Shown here: one piece after another, positions 47,126 through 56,394 of the stretch
How positions within the stretch are numbered: the first letter of the stretch is position 1
Layout of the letters: every line of letters begins with the position of its first letter
Virus record (IMG/VR): IMGVR_UViG_3300025620_000004
Span: 1 to 64,000 of that record
Origin: a virus
DNA: 64,000 nucleotides
Reading direction: 5' to 3' (one strand)
Position numbers and translations under genes: made by a program
Notes under the pieces: model-generated
Databases searched by the model: none
What the model was told of the DNA's origin: nothing
What the model saw: only the letters and a program-made list of their open reading frames with translations

Positions 47126-48053
47126 TGTATGTTCCTATGATGTCTGGTATTTTATCAGGGTTAATTTCTAGTATGTACGTTAGATACTCTACTAGCTCTT
47201 CTTGCACGGACATATCTTTATCCATGATAAGAGATGCCTCTGACTTACGTTTTACTACTTTTTTATCTAGCAATTCCGAGTTCTTTACTCCAGCTAGATC
47301 TTGCATATCTCCTTCTACTTCATAGATCGTGTGATCAAAATCAGTAGGAGTCATATCTTCACTACTTGTAACTGTTTTACGAATTAACTGTGGAAGTCTA
47401 AACTCTTCCCACATCCAACTCCAGTCCTGTTCGTTAATAAGCAAGTAACCTGTTTTTACTTTACTTCTATGAAAGGAAGTAGTCATAGGACTACCAGGAT
47501 ATACAATATTGCGTTGACAGTTGCTATGGGCGTGTAGGTCGCCTGCAAATACAACAGGGAAGTCTTCAAACAGGTCTAAGTCGACTTCGGGTTTAACGTG
47601 TGGCGGTATTTCTCCTCTAACGTGAGTGAATAAAGGCCGGCTCGTATCAAAATGATCTATGGCACCTTTCTTATGCAAATCTGCGTAAGGTAGGATACTG
47701 AAACCTAGGTCATGGTCTACATAAGACACATCTACAATATGAATAAGAGGATTAATATCTCTACTTACTTGCTTTAGCTGAGTAAAGAAAGTCTTATTCT
47801 TTTTAGTAGCTTCATGGTTTCCATCATAAATAATAGTTGGAACCTTTACTCCACGAATAAACCTGAAGTAGAGTTCCAACTCTTCCATATTCGGAAGACG
47901 ATCAAAGAGATCGCCTCCGATTATGTGCATATTACATTCTTTTTCTAGTTCGTAAACTTGGTCAAAGAACATTTGATAACGGTTTGTAGCCCACTTTACT
48001 GGGACGTTCTTTTGTCCCAGCTTGATGTGCCAGTCTGCCGTAAAGAGAATCAT
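47094..48053 (-). CDS. SbcD/Mre11-like nuclease (T5 D12)
   Basis: ADWH, GGDLFD, GNHE, GDLH, YPGSP. Confidence 0.93.
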   Translation of the reverse strand: MILFTADWHIKLGQKNVPVKWATNRYQMFFDQVYELEKECNMHIIGGDLFDRLPNMEELELYFRFIRGVKVPTIIYDGNHEATKKNKTFFTQLKQVSRDINPLIHIVDVSYVDHDLGFSILPYADLHKKGAIDHFDTSRPLFTHVRGEIPPHVKPEVDLDLFEDFPVVFAGDLHAHSNCQRNIVYPGSPMTTSFHRSKVKTGYLLINEQDWSWMWEEFRLPQLIRKTVTSSEDMTPTDFDHTIYEVEGDMQDLAGVKNSELLDKKVVKRKSEASLIMDKDMSVQEELVEYLTYILEINPDKIPDIIGTYNDYTTNIEMG

Positions 48054-48676
48054 CCTACATTGAACTCCGCGTCAAGAGCTTCATCATCAGTCTCGTCACC
48101 ATGGTTACGAACTCGATCAAGCAACTCTTTCTGTGCGTCAGGAGTAGGACGTGTCATTACGTCATCCATAGACTTTAGGTCAGCAATAGCTTCACGCTCT
48201 TCGTCTGTAAGAGCACGAGGCTTGCACTTTAGTGCTTGCAACTGATACTCTACGTTGTATGGCAGAGGGCCAGTCTTAACTCGCTTGAAACAAATGTCCC
48301 AGCCAGTATCAGGGTCAGTAGGATCGCCTAGATCTTCTGCGGCAGTAATGATTTGCTCCCACAGCTTCTTCTTGAGGTTTACTACTTTTACTTCACCGTT
48401 GTCGATGCACTGAGTAGCGTAGCTCCAGCCACACTTCAGATCAGGGTAGTATTCACGAACCCAGTCTTTCTCGACATTGTTGAATCGCTCAGAGTTTCTA
48501 TCAAAAGATAGGCACTCCATAGGAATGTTTTTACCGTTCTCGCCATTGATCCAGTAAACATAGCGTGCAAGAATGTCGCCAACTACGCGCATCTTGTTGT
48601 CGCCATCTTTATACTGAAAAGTTGAGATTGAGGATTTTTGGGCTCCGCCCGTTTGCTTATTGAATGATAATGCCAT
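48050..48676 (-). CDS. T5 D11-like ssDNA-binding protein
   Basis: RYVYW, PMECLSFDR, GDPTD...GWDI.F.R.KTGP...NVEY; acidic tail; synteny. Confidence 0.85.
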   Translation of the reverse strand: MALSFNKQTGGAQKSSISTFQYKDGDNKMRVVGDILARYVYWINGENGKNIPMECLSFDRNSERFNNVEKDWVREYYPDLKCGWSYATQCIDNGEVKVVNLKKKLWEQIITAAEDLGDPTDPDTGWDICFKRVKTGPLPYNVEYQLQALKCKPRALTDEEREAIADLKSMDDVMTRPTPDAQKELLDRVRNHGDETDDEALDAEFNVG

Positions 48677-49077
48677 TAGTGTATAGTCTCCAGTTGGACT
48701 TCTTCATAGATGAACGTTATTTCGTCCGGTAATACTATGAGTAGCCTATTGTCGTTGATTTCATCTAGATGCACAGGACAATGTAGTGAATCTAGCGTAG
48801 TTTTTTGTGTTGCAAAATATTCCGCTGTACTTCTAAGAGAAGCCAGTGCGTAATATATGCAAAGTTCTTTTTGTGTGTACTTATAAGAATTGTAAAGAAG
48901 CATTTCTCCATGAAGAAGAAAACTATCGCCTGTAAAGTCTTTATAAGAATATTTATAGATAGGGTCGTACTTGTTACGTGGGATCTGACTGTTTACCAGC
49001 ATTTCCATTATCATGTTACAAGTAGCAATATTTCCTTGCGCCGTATCAAAAACCTTCTTCCAATCAAATAAGAGCAC
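48676..49077 (-). CDS. conserved T5-like hypothetical protein
   Basis: LFDWKKV, F.GDSFLL, Y.ALASLR; between D10 and D11. Confidence 0.7.
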   Translation of the reverse strand: MLLFDWKKVFDTAQGNIATCNMIMEMLVNSQIPRNKYDPIYKYSYKDFTGDSFLLHGEMLLYNSYKYTQKELCIYYALASLRSTAEYFATQKTTLDSLHCPVHLDEINDNRLLIVLPDEITFIYEEVQLETIH

Positions 49078-49078
49078 T

Positions 49079-49107
49079 ATTATACTTCCTTTTTACCATT
49101 TTGTCAA
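49079..49107 (-). promoter_or_regulatory. early-region sigma70 promoter
   Basis: AAAAATAATTC-TTGACA-17-TATAAT. Confidence 0.85.
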
Positions 49108-49118
49108 GAATTATTTTT

Positions 49119-50402
49119 CTAAAGGTACTTCATGTCCCAACCCTGCTTCATATAGAACCCAACACGATTGGAGGCTTGTTTTCGAGCCGTATTTCCTTTC
49201 AGATGTATATCTATAATAACAGGGTCGATTTTACCTTCTTTTTTCCGAATCACTCGTCCACAAAGCTGTGTCAGTAGTGGTTCATTATTTACAGGGGTTG
49301 CCAGTATAAGACAGCTAAGTGTGTCTACTGATATACCTTCTGAGAAGATAGCCTGTGTTCCATAAAGAACGTTTTTATCTCCGTAGAGTATTTCCTCTAC
49401 GAGTGTTTCTCTATCTTCATGCGATACGTCACCAGTAACGCATATTGATTTGTCTCCTGTAAGTTCGGAACAAGCCTTCAAAAAGCTCACTCTATCACTT
49501 ACTACTAAGACTTTGTGTCCTTTAGCGGCATAAGCTGCGGCTAAAAGTGCTATTGTATGTCTATACTCTTCATCATTTGCTAGCTTTGTAACTCTGTTAG
49601 CCCAGGGGATTCTAGCTCCATCCATGAATCGTATCTCTGACGGTACAATATGTACTGTAGGGGTCATATAGTTTTCTTTCGGTGGCTTGAAAAGAGTATT
49701 ACCAAAGTAATCTCTGAACACAACGTGTTTTCCATCCTTTCTTTCTATAGTACCCGACAGACCTATCTTATATCTACAGTAATTTGTATCTAAAATTTTA
49801 CTAAAGGTCGGACTGCTAACATGATGCATCTCATCTAGTATAACTGTGCCAAACTCTTTACGAATCTTGTCTACGTTTCGGTATAAAGTCTGTGTATTCC
49901 CAATGACGATAGGAGCATCAAGATCAAACTGACCACTACCTATGATGCCTGGTTTAATTCCATAGACTTTCTCTACTTCTTTTGCCCACTGATTACGCAG
50001 AGGGACAGTATGGGTAACAACAAGCGTCTTCTGACCAAGTTTACCAGCAATAGCTAAACCTGTAAATGTCTTACCCCAACTCACCCATGCGTTAATTATG
50101 GCGTTGTCTTCGATTTCGTCATAGACCTTCTTTTGACTAGCTCGAAGATCGAACTTAAACTCGGGGAATTCTACAGGCTTGTTTACTCGCCTATCGACTA
50201 TTTCGTAATTTGATGGTATTAAATCCGTACGTCCGATAGGTAATGAGACTAACCCATTACGAATAATGCCCATATTCTTAATCACCTCAGGTGGATCAAG
50301 AGGATTGTGCGTAGGAATAGTATAGGTGAGCTCTTTGTCGATTCTCTCCTGTACTTCTTCGGTACAATCCATGTATATTCTGTGACTTATAACTGCCTTC
50401 AC
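49119..50402 (-). CDS. SF2 DNA helicase (T5 D10)
   Basis: VSWGKT, LDEMHH, GLSGT, QLCGRVIR. Confidence 0.93.
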   Translation of the reverse strand: MKAVISHRIYMDCTEEVQERIDKELTYTIPTHNPLDPPEVIKNMGIIRNGLVSLPIGRTDLIPSNYEIVDRRVNKPVEFPEFKFDLRASQKKVYDEIEDNAIINAWVSWGKTFTGLAIAGKLGQKTLVVTHTVPLRNQWAKEVEKVYGIKPGIIGSGQFDLDAPIVIGNTQTLYRNVDKIRKEFGTVILDEMHHVSSPTFSKILDTNYCRYKIGLSGTIERKDGKHVVFRDYFGNTLFKPPKENYMTPTVHIVPSEIRFMDGARIPWANRVTKLANDEEYRHTIALLAAAYAAKGHKVLVVSDRVSFLKACSELTGDKSICVTGDVSHEDRETLVEEILYGDKNVLYGTQAIFSEGISVDTLSCLILATPVNNEPLLTQLCGRVIRKKEGKIDPVIIDIHLKGNTARKQASNRVGFYMKQGWDMKYL

Positions 50403-50926
50403 GAAGTCGCCTCTTTCAAGGCAGCTTTAACGGCCTGCACTGACATATAGTTTTCAGGTACTTGCATACATATGTGTGGAATCTCTAAGTCTTGTATCAT
50501 AATACTAAGAAGAGTATCCGCCACAGTAGTCCAACGCATACTAGGAACACCGCGCAATGCTACGCCTCCGAGATCCATTGTGGTAATCTTACATTGTTTC
50601 TCGGGACAATTCCAGTGTAAGTTGTTAGCATAGTGATTCAAAGCTGCTTTCTGCGCGGCATACATATACCCTTTGGATATATTCGGTTGGGCGGCACGAG
50701 AAGATATGTTAAAAATTATCCTCTTAGGATCAAATCTCCACTCATTGAATACATACTCTAGCAGCTCTACTTGCTTGAAGCCAACGTGTGCATAGTTTAT
50801 GAAACACCCATACTCATTAATATCTACTCTACCTTCGAGTATATCTTCAATGCGACAAGTGTCAATGGGTATAAGGTGGTTAAGGGCAGAGTAAAGTGTA
50901 CTAGTCCCGGTTATTAATGTTTTCAT
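50399..50926 (-). CDS. short-chain dehydrogenase/reductase-like protein (minimal)
   Basis: LITG, FINYA, IFNISS, YAAQK (YxxxK). Confidence 0.7.
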   Translation of the reverse strand: MKTLITGTSTLYSALNHLIPIDTCRIEDILEGRVDINEYGCFINYAHVGFKQVELLEYVFNEWRFDPKRIIFNISSRAAQPNISKGYMYAAQKAALNHYANNLHWNCPEKQCKITTMDLGGVALRGVPSMRWTTVADTLLSIMIQDLEIPHICMQVPENYMSVQAVKAALKEATS

Positions 50927-51818
50927 AGTGCTCCTTTACTAGATTAAACGATGGTTTTCCAAATAAAGAACCATCTACGCTACATTTATTGCAGGGAGAC
51001 ATAGATCTGTCACCCTTCATTAGTTTTTTACGAATCTTGGTCATAGGCTTACTGAACCATACATCGTATAGAGAATCTTGTAATAGATTGCCTACTACGT
51101 GCTCTCTGCCCCAATCATTACTACAGAACAGTACATCACCATTCCAATCGACAAACATTTTATAGAACGGGTAGTGACAAGGCTTACCTTGTAGTGCAGT
51201 AACACTACTCTCCTCTACTCCTACCCAATCCATAACTCCGCTTCGATTGTTCAGAATTAAACCATGCTTTTCAAAATCACCCCAATGCATACGGTACTTA
51301 TAGTTTGCTTTAGGAATATCTTTCATAATTACATCAAAGTGTTCCATCTGCTCAATACCATCATACAAGTTGATATACAATATGTCGAGACCCCGTTGCG
51401 AGATCAAATCTTCAGCGTACTCTTTAGTCAGCCTATCTCCATTAGTATTGCACTCTATAGTAGCATCGGGTAGATACTCTCTAAAGGCTGATACTATTTC
51501 TGGAAACTGAGGGTTAAGTAGATTCTCTCCGAACCCGCTGAGAGATATTTTGCCTCTAAAATCATTGTTAGCAAGTTCTTTCGCAATAGTAGCAGCACCT
51601 TTTACAGTCATATGAAGGTTTCGGTTAGGAAACACTTCTGGATCGTGTCGAGGGCAGAATACACACGTTCTATTACACAATTCTGTAGTATTAATCTCTA
51701 CAGTAAGTATAGAACGTAGGGGTGAGTCTTTTGTATTCCTTGACCAGTGTGCGGCTTCTTGGTTTCTTCTGTGTTCCAAGAAGTCGTACTGGTCTACTGC
51801 TACTGTGGGTATTTTCAT
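50901..51818 (-). CDS. radical SAM protein with SPASM/twitch domain
   Basis: CNRTCVFC, SGFGE, NTNG, PCHYP...GDVLFC...GN...PCNKC. Confidence 0.92.
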   Translation of the reverse strand: MKIPTVAVDQYDFLEHRRNQEAAHWSRNTKDSPLRSILTVEINTTELCNRTCVFCPRHDPEVFPNRNLHMTVKGAATIAKELANNDFRGKISLSGFGENLLNPQFPEIVSAFREYLPDATIECNTNGDRLTKEYAEDLISQRGLDILYINLYDGIEQMEHFDVIMKDIPKANYKYRMHWGDFEKHGLILNNRSGVMDWVGVEESSVTALQGKPCHYPFYKMFVDWNGDVLFCSNDWGREHVVGNLLQDSLYDVWFSKPMTKIRKKLMKGDRSMSPCNKCSVDGSLFGKPSFNLVKEHYENINNRD

Positions 51819-52474
51819 AGTTCTAGTTCATTCTTAGCAATAATATAAGTTTTGACAAAATCAGACCGCACAATGTCCTCTACTTCAAACTCAATGAAGG
51901 TAAAGAGACCCATACGCTTTAGAACTTGGAAGAAGTCTTTTATACCGTTTCCTCTCAAATCTGCCTGCCGAAAGTCTCCACAAAACATAATTCTACAGTT
52001 CTCACCCATACGAGTAATAATAGAATCTAGTTCATGAAAAGACATATTTTGACACTCATCAATAAGAATAACTGCATCTCTGAGTGTAATTCCTCGTATA
52101 AATGAAGTGGTCATAAACTCTACTAAATTTTTCTGTTTCAGTATTTCATAGGCATCGCCTCTACCGAACAGATCATTAGCAATATCTTTATAAGGCTCTT
52201 CATAAACAGAGGCTTTTTCCTTTTCTGTACCGGGCAAGAATCCAATATCTCTTGTAGGTACAGCACTTCGTATAATTACTAGCTTTTGAAAGGCTCCTTT
52301 TGCCATATCATCGTATGCTAGGTACGAGGATATAAACGTTTTACCTGTGCCTGCAAGTCCATGCAGAACAAGGTGTTTATTAGATTCAAATGCTTTTAGC
52401 TGGTTACGTGTTAAAGGTTCTATTTCTTGCAGCTCAAAGTTGACTCCTGCAAGAGTTTTTCTTCGTTTTCCCAT
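51815..52474 (-). CDS. phoH: PhoH-family ATPase
   Basis: GLAGTGKT, IGFLPG, FIRGIT, IDECQN, GDFRQ.D, DIVRS; start at MGKRRK. Confidence 0.93.
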   Translation of the reverse strand: MGKRRKTLAGVNFELQEIEPLTRNQLKAFESNKHLVLHGLAGTGKTFISSYLAYDDMAKGAFQKLVIIRSAVPTRDIGFLPGTEKEKASVYEEPYKDIANDLFGRGDAYEILKQKNLVEFMTTSFIRGITLRDAVILIDECQNMSFHELDSIITRMGENCRIMFCGDFRQADLRGNGIKDFFQVLKRMGLFTFIEFEVEDIVRSDFVKTYIIAKNELEL

Positions 52475-52475
52475 A

Positions 52476-52973
52476 TTATACTTTCTTTCTGGTATCTTTG
52501 AGTTTCGTTTCCGAATACTCATACAGCACCCACGGAAGTCCATGTAAGTGCAAAATCCCCGCCCAAAGCATTCCATCTTCGGGAGGGCGTGGAACGGTAA
52601 AAGGAGTTTTATGTCCTTGTACCCATACAAGTGAAGCTACATCTTTCTTCTCCACTCTTTTAATTCTCAAGTATTTTAGTTGTGCAAAGCGTGTTTTTTC
52701 GTACACAAAAGGCTTTCCTGTATTGTCTATGAAGTACTTCTTACTTTGTTTGAGTATACCGTTGTATGAAGTCAACATCCTCTTGAGTTGCAGAAGATTC
52801 TTATGTGCTGTTTGCATACGCCTAGCCCCAAGAGTTCGTCCCTCTTTATTTCTATCATCTACTATCTTATCTTCAAGAAAAAGGAGTCCATCATGCAACT
52901 CCCAATTTCCTGAAGGTAATAAAAATACAGGATACTCTACACTGGTACGTATGTTACGATATGTAATCACCAT
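52476..52973 (-). CDS. conserved T5-like protein downstream of DNA polymerase
   Basis: YPVFLL, VDDRN..G.TLG.RR, FIDNTG.PF.YEK, LYEYSE. Confidence 0.75.
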   Translation of the reverse strand: MVITYRNIRTSVEYPVFLLPSGNWELHDGLLFLEDKIVDDRNKEGRTLGARRMQTAHKNLLQLKRMLTSYNGILKQSKKYFIDNTGKPFVYEKTRFAQLKYLRIKRVEKKDVASLVWVQGHKTPFTVPRPPEDGMLWAGILHLHGLPWVLYEYSETKLKDTRKKV

Positions 52974-55233
52974 ATTTCTTCTCGAACTTTCCGCCTGAGT
53001 AATCTTCATGAACAATCTCAAAGTCACAGCCTACTGGAGCACCAGGTATAGAGATACCTCTGTCCATCTGTATCAAGTTTGCTAGTTTTTCCATGTACTC
53101 TTCAACTTCTTGATCTGGTACTTCTGCTAGAATGGAATCGTGTACGAGCGCGAAAATACGAGCCTTCTTGCCGTTTGCTTTGATCCATTCATTCATGTCT
53201 ATTGCGCCTAGAAGGTTAATATCAGAAGCAGCAGACTGCACCAGAAAATTAAGACCAGACCTAACGCTATGACTCTGGATGCCTTTGTCTGTCGATGCGA
53301 CATTTGGTAATCTCCTCTTTCTTCCGAAGAAGCTGTAAATGAAACCATTCTGTTGAATGAACTTCTGGTTCTCTTCAATCCATGATTTTAACTTATGAAA
53401 CTCTTTGAAGTAATCATCAATTACTTCCTGAGCCTCGTTTCTAGTGAAAGGTTTACCACTGTCTTTTGTGACTTGCTCACTAATCTTATTTGCTCCGGCA
53501 CCATACATGATACCAAAGGTTACGGCTTTAGCCGCCTGACGTTGCATACTGTATAGTTCTGCTACTTCGCTTACTTCACAAGGTAGCTTAAATACTTTGT
53601 GTGCAATCGCACTGTGGAAGTTGCCTCCAGACTTGAAGACATCCATAAGTGCTTTGTCTTTTGCGAGCACAGCAGCTACATATACCTCTGCTGTGGTCAA
53701 ATCCATTGCTACAATTTTATGTCCAGGAGCGGCTTTAATGCATCCCTTAACAATGGGATTATCTCTGGGTAGTTGTTGCATATTAAGCTTGCCACTAGAG
53801 CTAAGCCGCCCACTAGTTGTGCCGTGAAGGTTAAAACCTGTCCGTAAGCGACTATCTCTGTCCAACTGCGGAAAGATTTTGTCCAGATAAGTATTTTTAA
53901 TTTTAGACTTTTGTCGGATAGCAAGGATAAGTCCGGGGACTTCGGATTGCTCCGCCAACTCTTGAAGAACTTCCGCATCTGTTGAATTCGCGCCCGTTCC
54001 AGTCTTTTTTCCAGTAGGAGTAAGGCCGATGAAGTCAAATAGTAAACTACGAAGCTGAACAGTACTGTTAGGATTAAAATCTTTTCCATTAATTTGCTCA
54101 AATTTACTGATGGCAGGATGTTTGTATAGCTCCGCTACTGCTTCGTCAATCTCGTCTTGCATGAGAGATTGAGACTTGAGCAAACGCTGCTTATCAAACG
54201 GTACGCCATTGTCTTGGATGTCCGTTAGAAAACGGCAACCAGGAATTAGTATGTTATCATACACTTTTGCTAGACGTTTGTTCTGCTTAATCTTTACAAA
54301 CTTCTCGTAGAGAAGGAAAGTACAAGCAGCATCCATACCAGCGTACAGTTTCATAACGTCAAAAGGAATATCACCCCAGTTGAAGTCATTTTTGAGAATA
54401 CCATGCTGTTTACGATAGTTATCAATCCACTCGTACATTGGCTTCTCATAGTCCCCATACTTAGTGTACTTCATAGACAACTGCTTTAGACCGTGAGTAC
54501 CAGGGTTCTCATCAATCAAGTAGTGTAGAAGCATTGTATCTTCAAAGCTAGGGAATTTAAAGTTAAAGTGGTACTCGAAGAACGCCATATCGAACTTGGC
54601 ATTATGGAATACTACTGTTTTCTTGTCAAATAACTCTTGCAATAAACGCTCTGTCTCTTCGTCAAAGCATTCTGTATCTATGTATGCACCCCTATCAGCT
54701 TCATAACTAAGACTAATGCCAAGCATGTGGCCGTCACGTGGATAAAGTCCGGTTGTCTCCGAGTCAAGAGCAACGTAAGGAAGAGGGGCGTCAATAGCAG
54801 CACGTATAAAAGCATTGGCTTCCTCTGTATCTTGTATACCCCACGCATTGTATTCAGTAATTACTACGTCTTGTTTATCGCCAGTGATGTACTCTATAAT
54901 ACTTTGCTTGGAGTCGTCCCATGTGCGTTGTGCTTCGGGCTTAAACGCAAGCATGGCAGGGTTAATGACAGGCAGGAACTTCTCTTCGACTTTCTTGCCA
55001 GAATATTCTGTGACCGAATTCACAGAGGTAAAGTACTTGAGTGCATCACTACCGACTAGAATAAGCCAGTCGTACGCGTCTACATCAATCTCGATGTCGC
55101 AGTCTCGTTTAAGTACTTTTTTGATGCCTGGGTCTGAACAGAGTTGATACTGATCAAACTCAAACTCATCATCGAATTCTTTCTTAAAATTTGTTCTACT
55201 TGGTTTAGTTTCTACTAATGCAACTTTAGGCAT
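52954..55233 (-). CDS. family A DNA polymerase (T5-type)
   Basis: Exo DSETTGL, HNAKFD, YAGMD; pol TTSGRLSS, MDLTTAEV, RQAAKAVTFGIMYG, LVHDS. Confidence 0.97.
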   Translation of the reverse strand: MPKVALVETKPSRTNFKKEFDDEFEFDQYQLCSDPGIKKVLKRDCDIEIDVDAYDWLILVGSDALKYFTSVNSVTEYSGKKVEEKFLPVINPAMLAFKPEAQRTWDDSKQSIIEYITGDKQDVVITEYNAWGIQDTEEANAFIRAAIDAPLPYVALDSETTGLYPRDGHMLGISLSYEADRGAYIDTECFDEETERLLQELFDKKTVVFHNAKFDMAFFEYHFNFKFPSFEDTMLLHYLIDENPGTHGLKQLSMKYTKYGDYEKPMYEWIDNYRKQHGILKNDFNWGDIPFDVMKLYAGMDAACTFLLYEKFVKIKQNKRLAKVYDNILIPGCRFLTDIQDNGVPFDKQRLLKSQSLMQDEIDEAVAELYKHPAISKFEQINGKDFNPNSTVQLRSLLFDFIGLTPTGKKTGTGANSTDAEVLQELAEQSEVPGLILAIRQKSKIKNTYLDKIFPQLDRDSRLRTGFNLHGTTSGRLSSSGKLNMQQLPRDNPIVKGCIKAAPGHKIVAMDLTTAEVYVAAVLAKDKALMDVFKSGGNFHSAIAHKVFKLPCEVSEVAELYSMQRQAAKAVTFGIMYGAGANKISEQVTKDSGKPFTRNEAQEVIDDYFKEFHKLKSWIEENQKFIQQNGFIYSFFGRKRRLPNVASTDKGIQSHSVRSGLNFLVQSAASDINLLGAIDMNEWIKANGKKARIFALVHDSILAEVPDQEVEEYMEKLANLIQMDRGISIPGAPVGCDFEIVHEDYSGGKFEKKYGDYIS

Positions 55234-56053
55234 ATAATTTACTCTTTAGTGTTTGTACTGATTTCATGGGTAGTGCTCCTGGATCAGTGTCCTTGAGCGC
55301 CACGTTTCTACTAGCTAAGCCTACTCGCTCTGCCATCTCTTTTACTTCTCTTGCGGCATTCTGTCCTGCGTCATCTCCATCAAAGAATATAATTACTTCT
55401 TCTACACCTTGTATAGAAAGCATACGTAACTTATCTTCATTGATGTTCTTTGTTCCAAAGCAACACACTGCATTGTCTAATCCTTTGTCATGCAGATTGA
55501 TCATATCATAGATACCTTCTACTAGAATAACAGAGCCTTGTATCGGCTCTACTACAGGGTAGAGAGGCATCTTCGCACCCGCAGGCGAGATCATGTACTT
55601 GGGTGTACCACCAGTGGTGTGACGACCATTAAATGCTACAATTCGACCTGATATATCTCGCACTGGAAATACAATGCGACCAATATGGTCAGGATCATGA
55701 TGTTGAAAAGCTTCAAACCTTTTGTATGTTTCAGGTTTGATTTCTCTCCAACTACCCGTATAGGGTATAATATTTTTGGGAAAAGACAAACCAACCGACT
55801 CAGACCTCTTCTCTCTAATTTTCTTTTTTAGTAATTCTCGTCTTAGTTGTAGTTGGTTTGCCTTTTCCCCAAAATGGGTAAAAATGTTTCCTTTATATCC
55901 ACAGGAAAAACACTGAAATACTCCAGTGATCTTATCAATCCGCATACTAGGATTTCTATCCGCGTGCTCAGGATTGAGACAGCTAACAATAGCGTCTGCG
56001 CCTTTGGGTATAAAATAAACATCTCTTGATGTTAATAGTTCTTCTACTGTCAC
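55226..56053 (-). CDS. DNA primase
   Basis: Zn finger CLNPEH...CFSC; TOPRIM LVEGIYD, FDGDDAG. Confidence 0.93.
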   Translation of the reverse strand: MTVEELLTSRDVYFIPKGADAIVSCLNPEHADRNPSMRIDKITGVFQCFSCGYKGNIFTHFGEKANQLQLRRELLKKKIREKRSESVGLSFPKNIIPYTGSWREIKPETYKRFEAFQHHDPDHIGRIVFPVRDISGRIVAFNGRHTTGGTPKYMISPAGAKMPLYPVVEPIQGSVILVEGIYDMINLHDKGLDNAVCCFGTKNINEDKLRMLSIQGVEEVIIFFDGDDAGQNAAREVKEMAERVGLASRNVALKDTDPGALPMKSVQTLKSKLYA

Positions 56054-56328
56054 CTACCGATGTCCTTGATGTTTTCTTTACTGATTACTTGGTACGCACC
56101 TTTGTTATAGGCAGGTGCAATCGTATACTTACTATCTAGCTTTGGCTTTTCTACTAACTCTGTATTATGGCCGCCCTGATCGTAAGACTTGTACTCAGGA
56201 GTCTCTCTACGATACGTAGTAGTCTCTTGTAAAGGCTGAAATTTGGGTGTATAACGCTTAGACTTAGGCAAAGGCTTTCGCTTTCTACCTGAGCTAGTGT
56301 GTCGTAAACTACCGAATGTAAGTGCCAT
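56050..56328 (-). CDS. conserved phage hypothetical protein
   Basis: YTIAPAYNKGAYQVI motif; own promoter and GGGGA RBS. Confidence 0.7.
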   Translation of the reverse strand: MALTFGSLRHTSSGRKRKPLPKSKRYTPKFQPLQETTTYRRETPEYKSYDQGGHNTELVEKPKLDSKYTIAPAYNKGAYQVISKENIKDIGR

Positions 56329-56356
56329 ATGCTTTATCCCCTTTAAGTATCCGTAT

Positions 56357-56385
56357 ATTATACGCAAAAGAAGATAAAAAGTCAA
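56357..56385 (-). promoter_or_regulatory. early-region sigma70 promoter
   Basis: AAAAATATTTC-TTGACT-17-TATAAT. Confidence 0.8.
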
Positions 56386-56394
56386 GAAATATTT

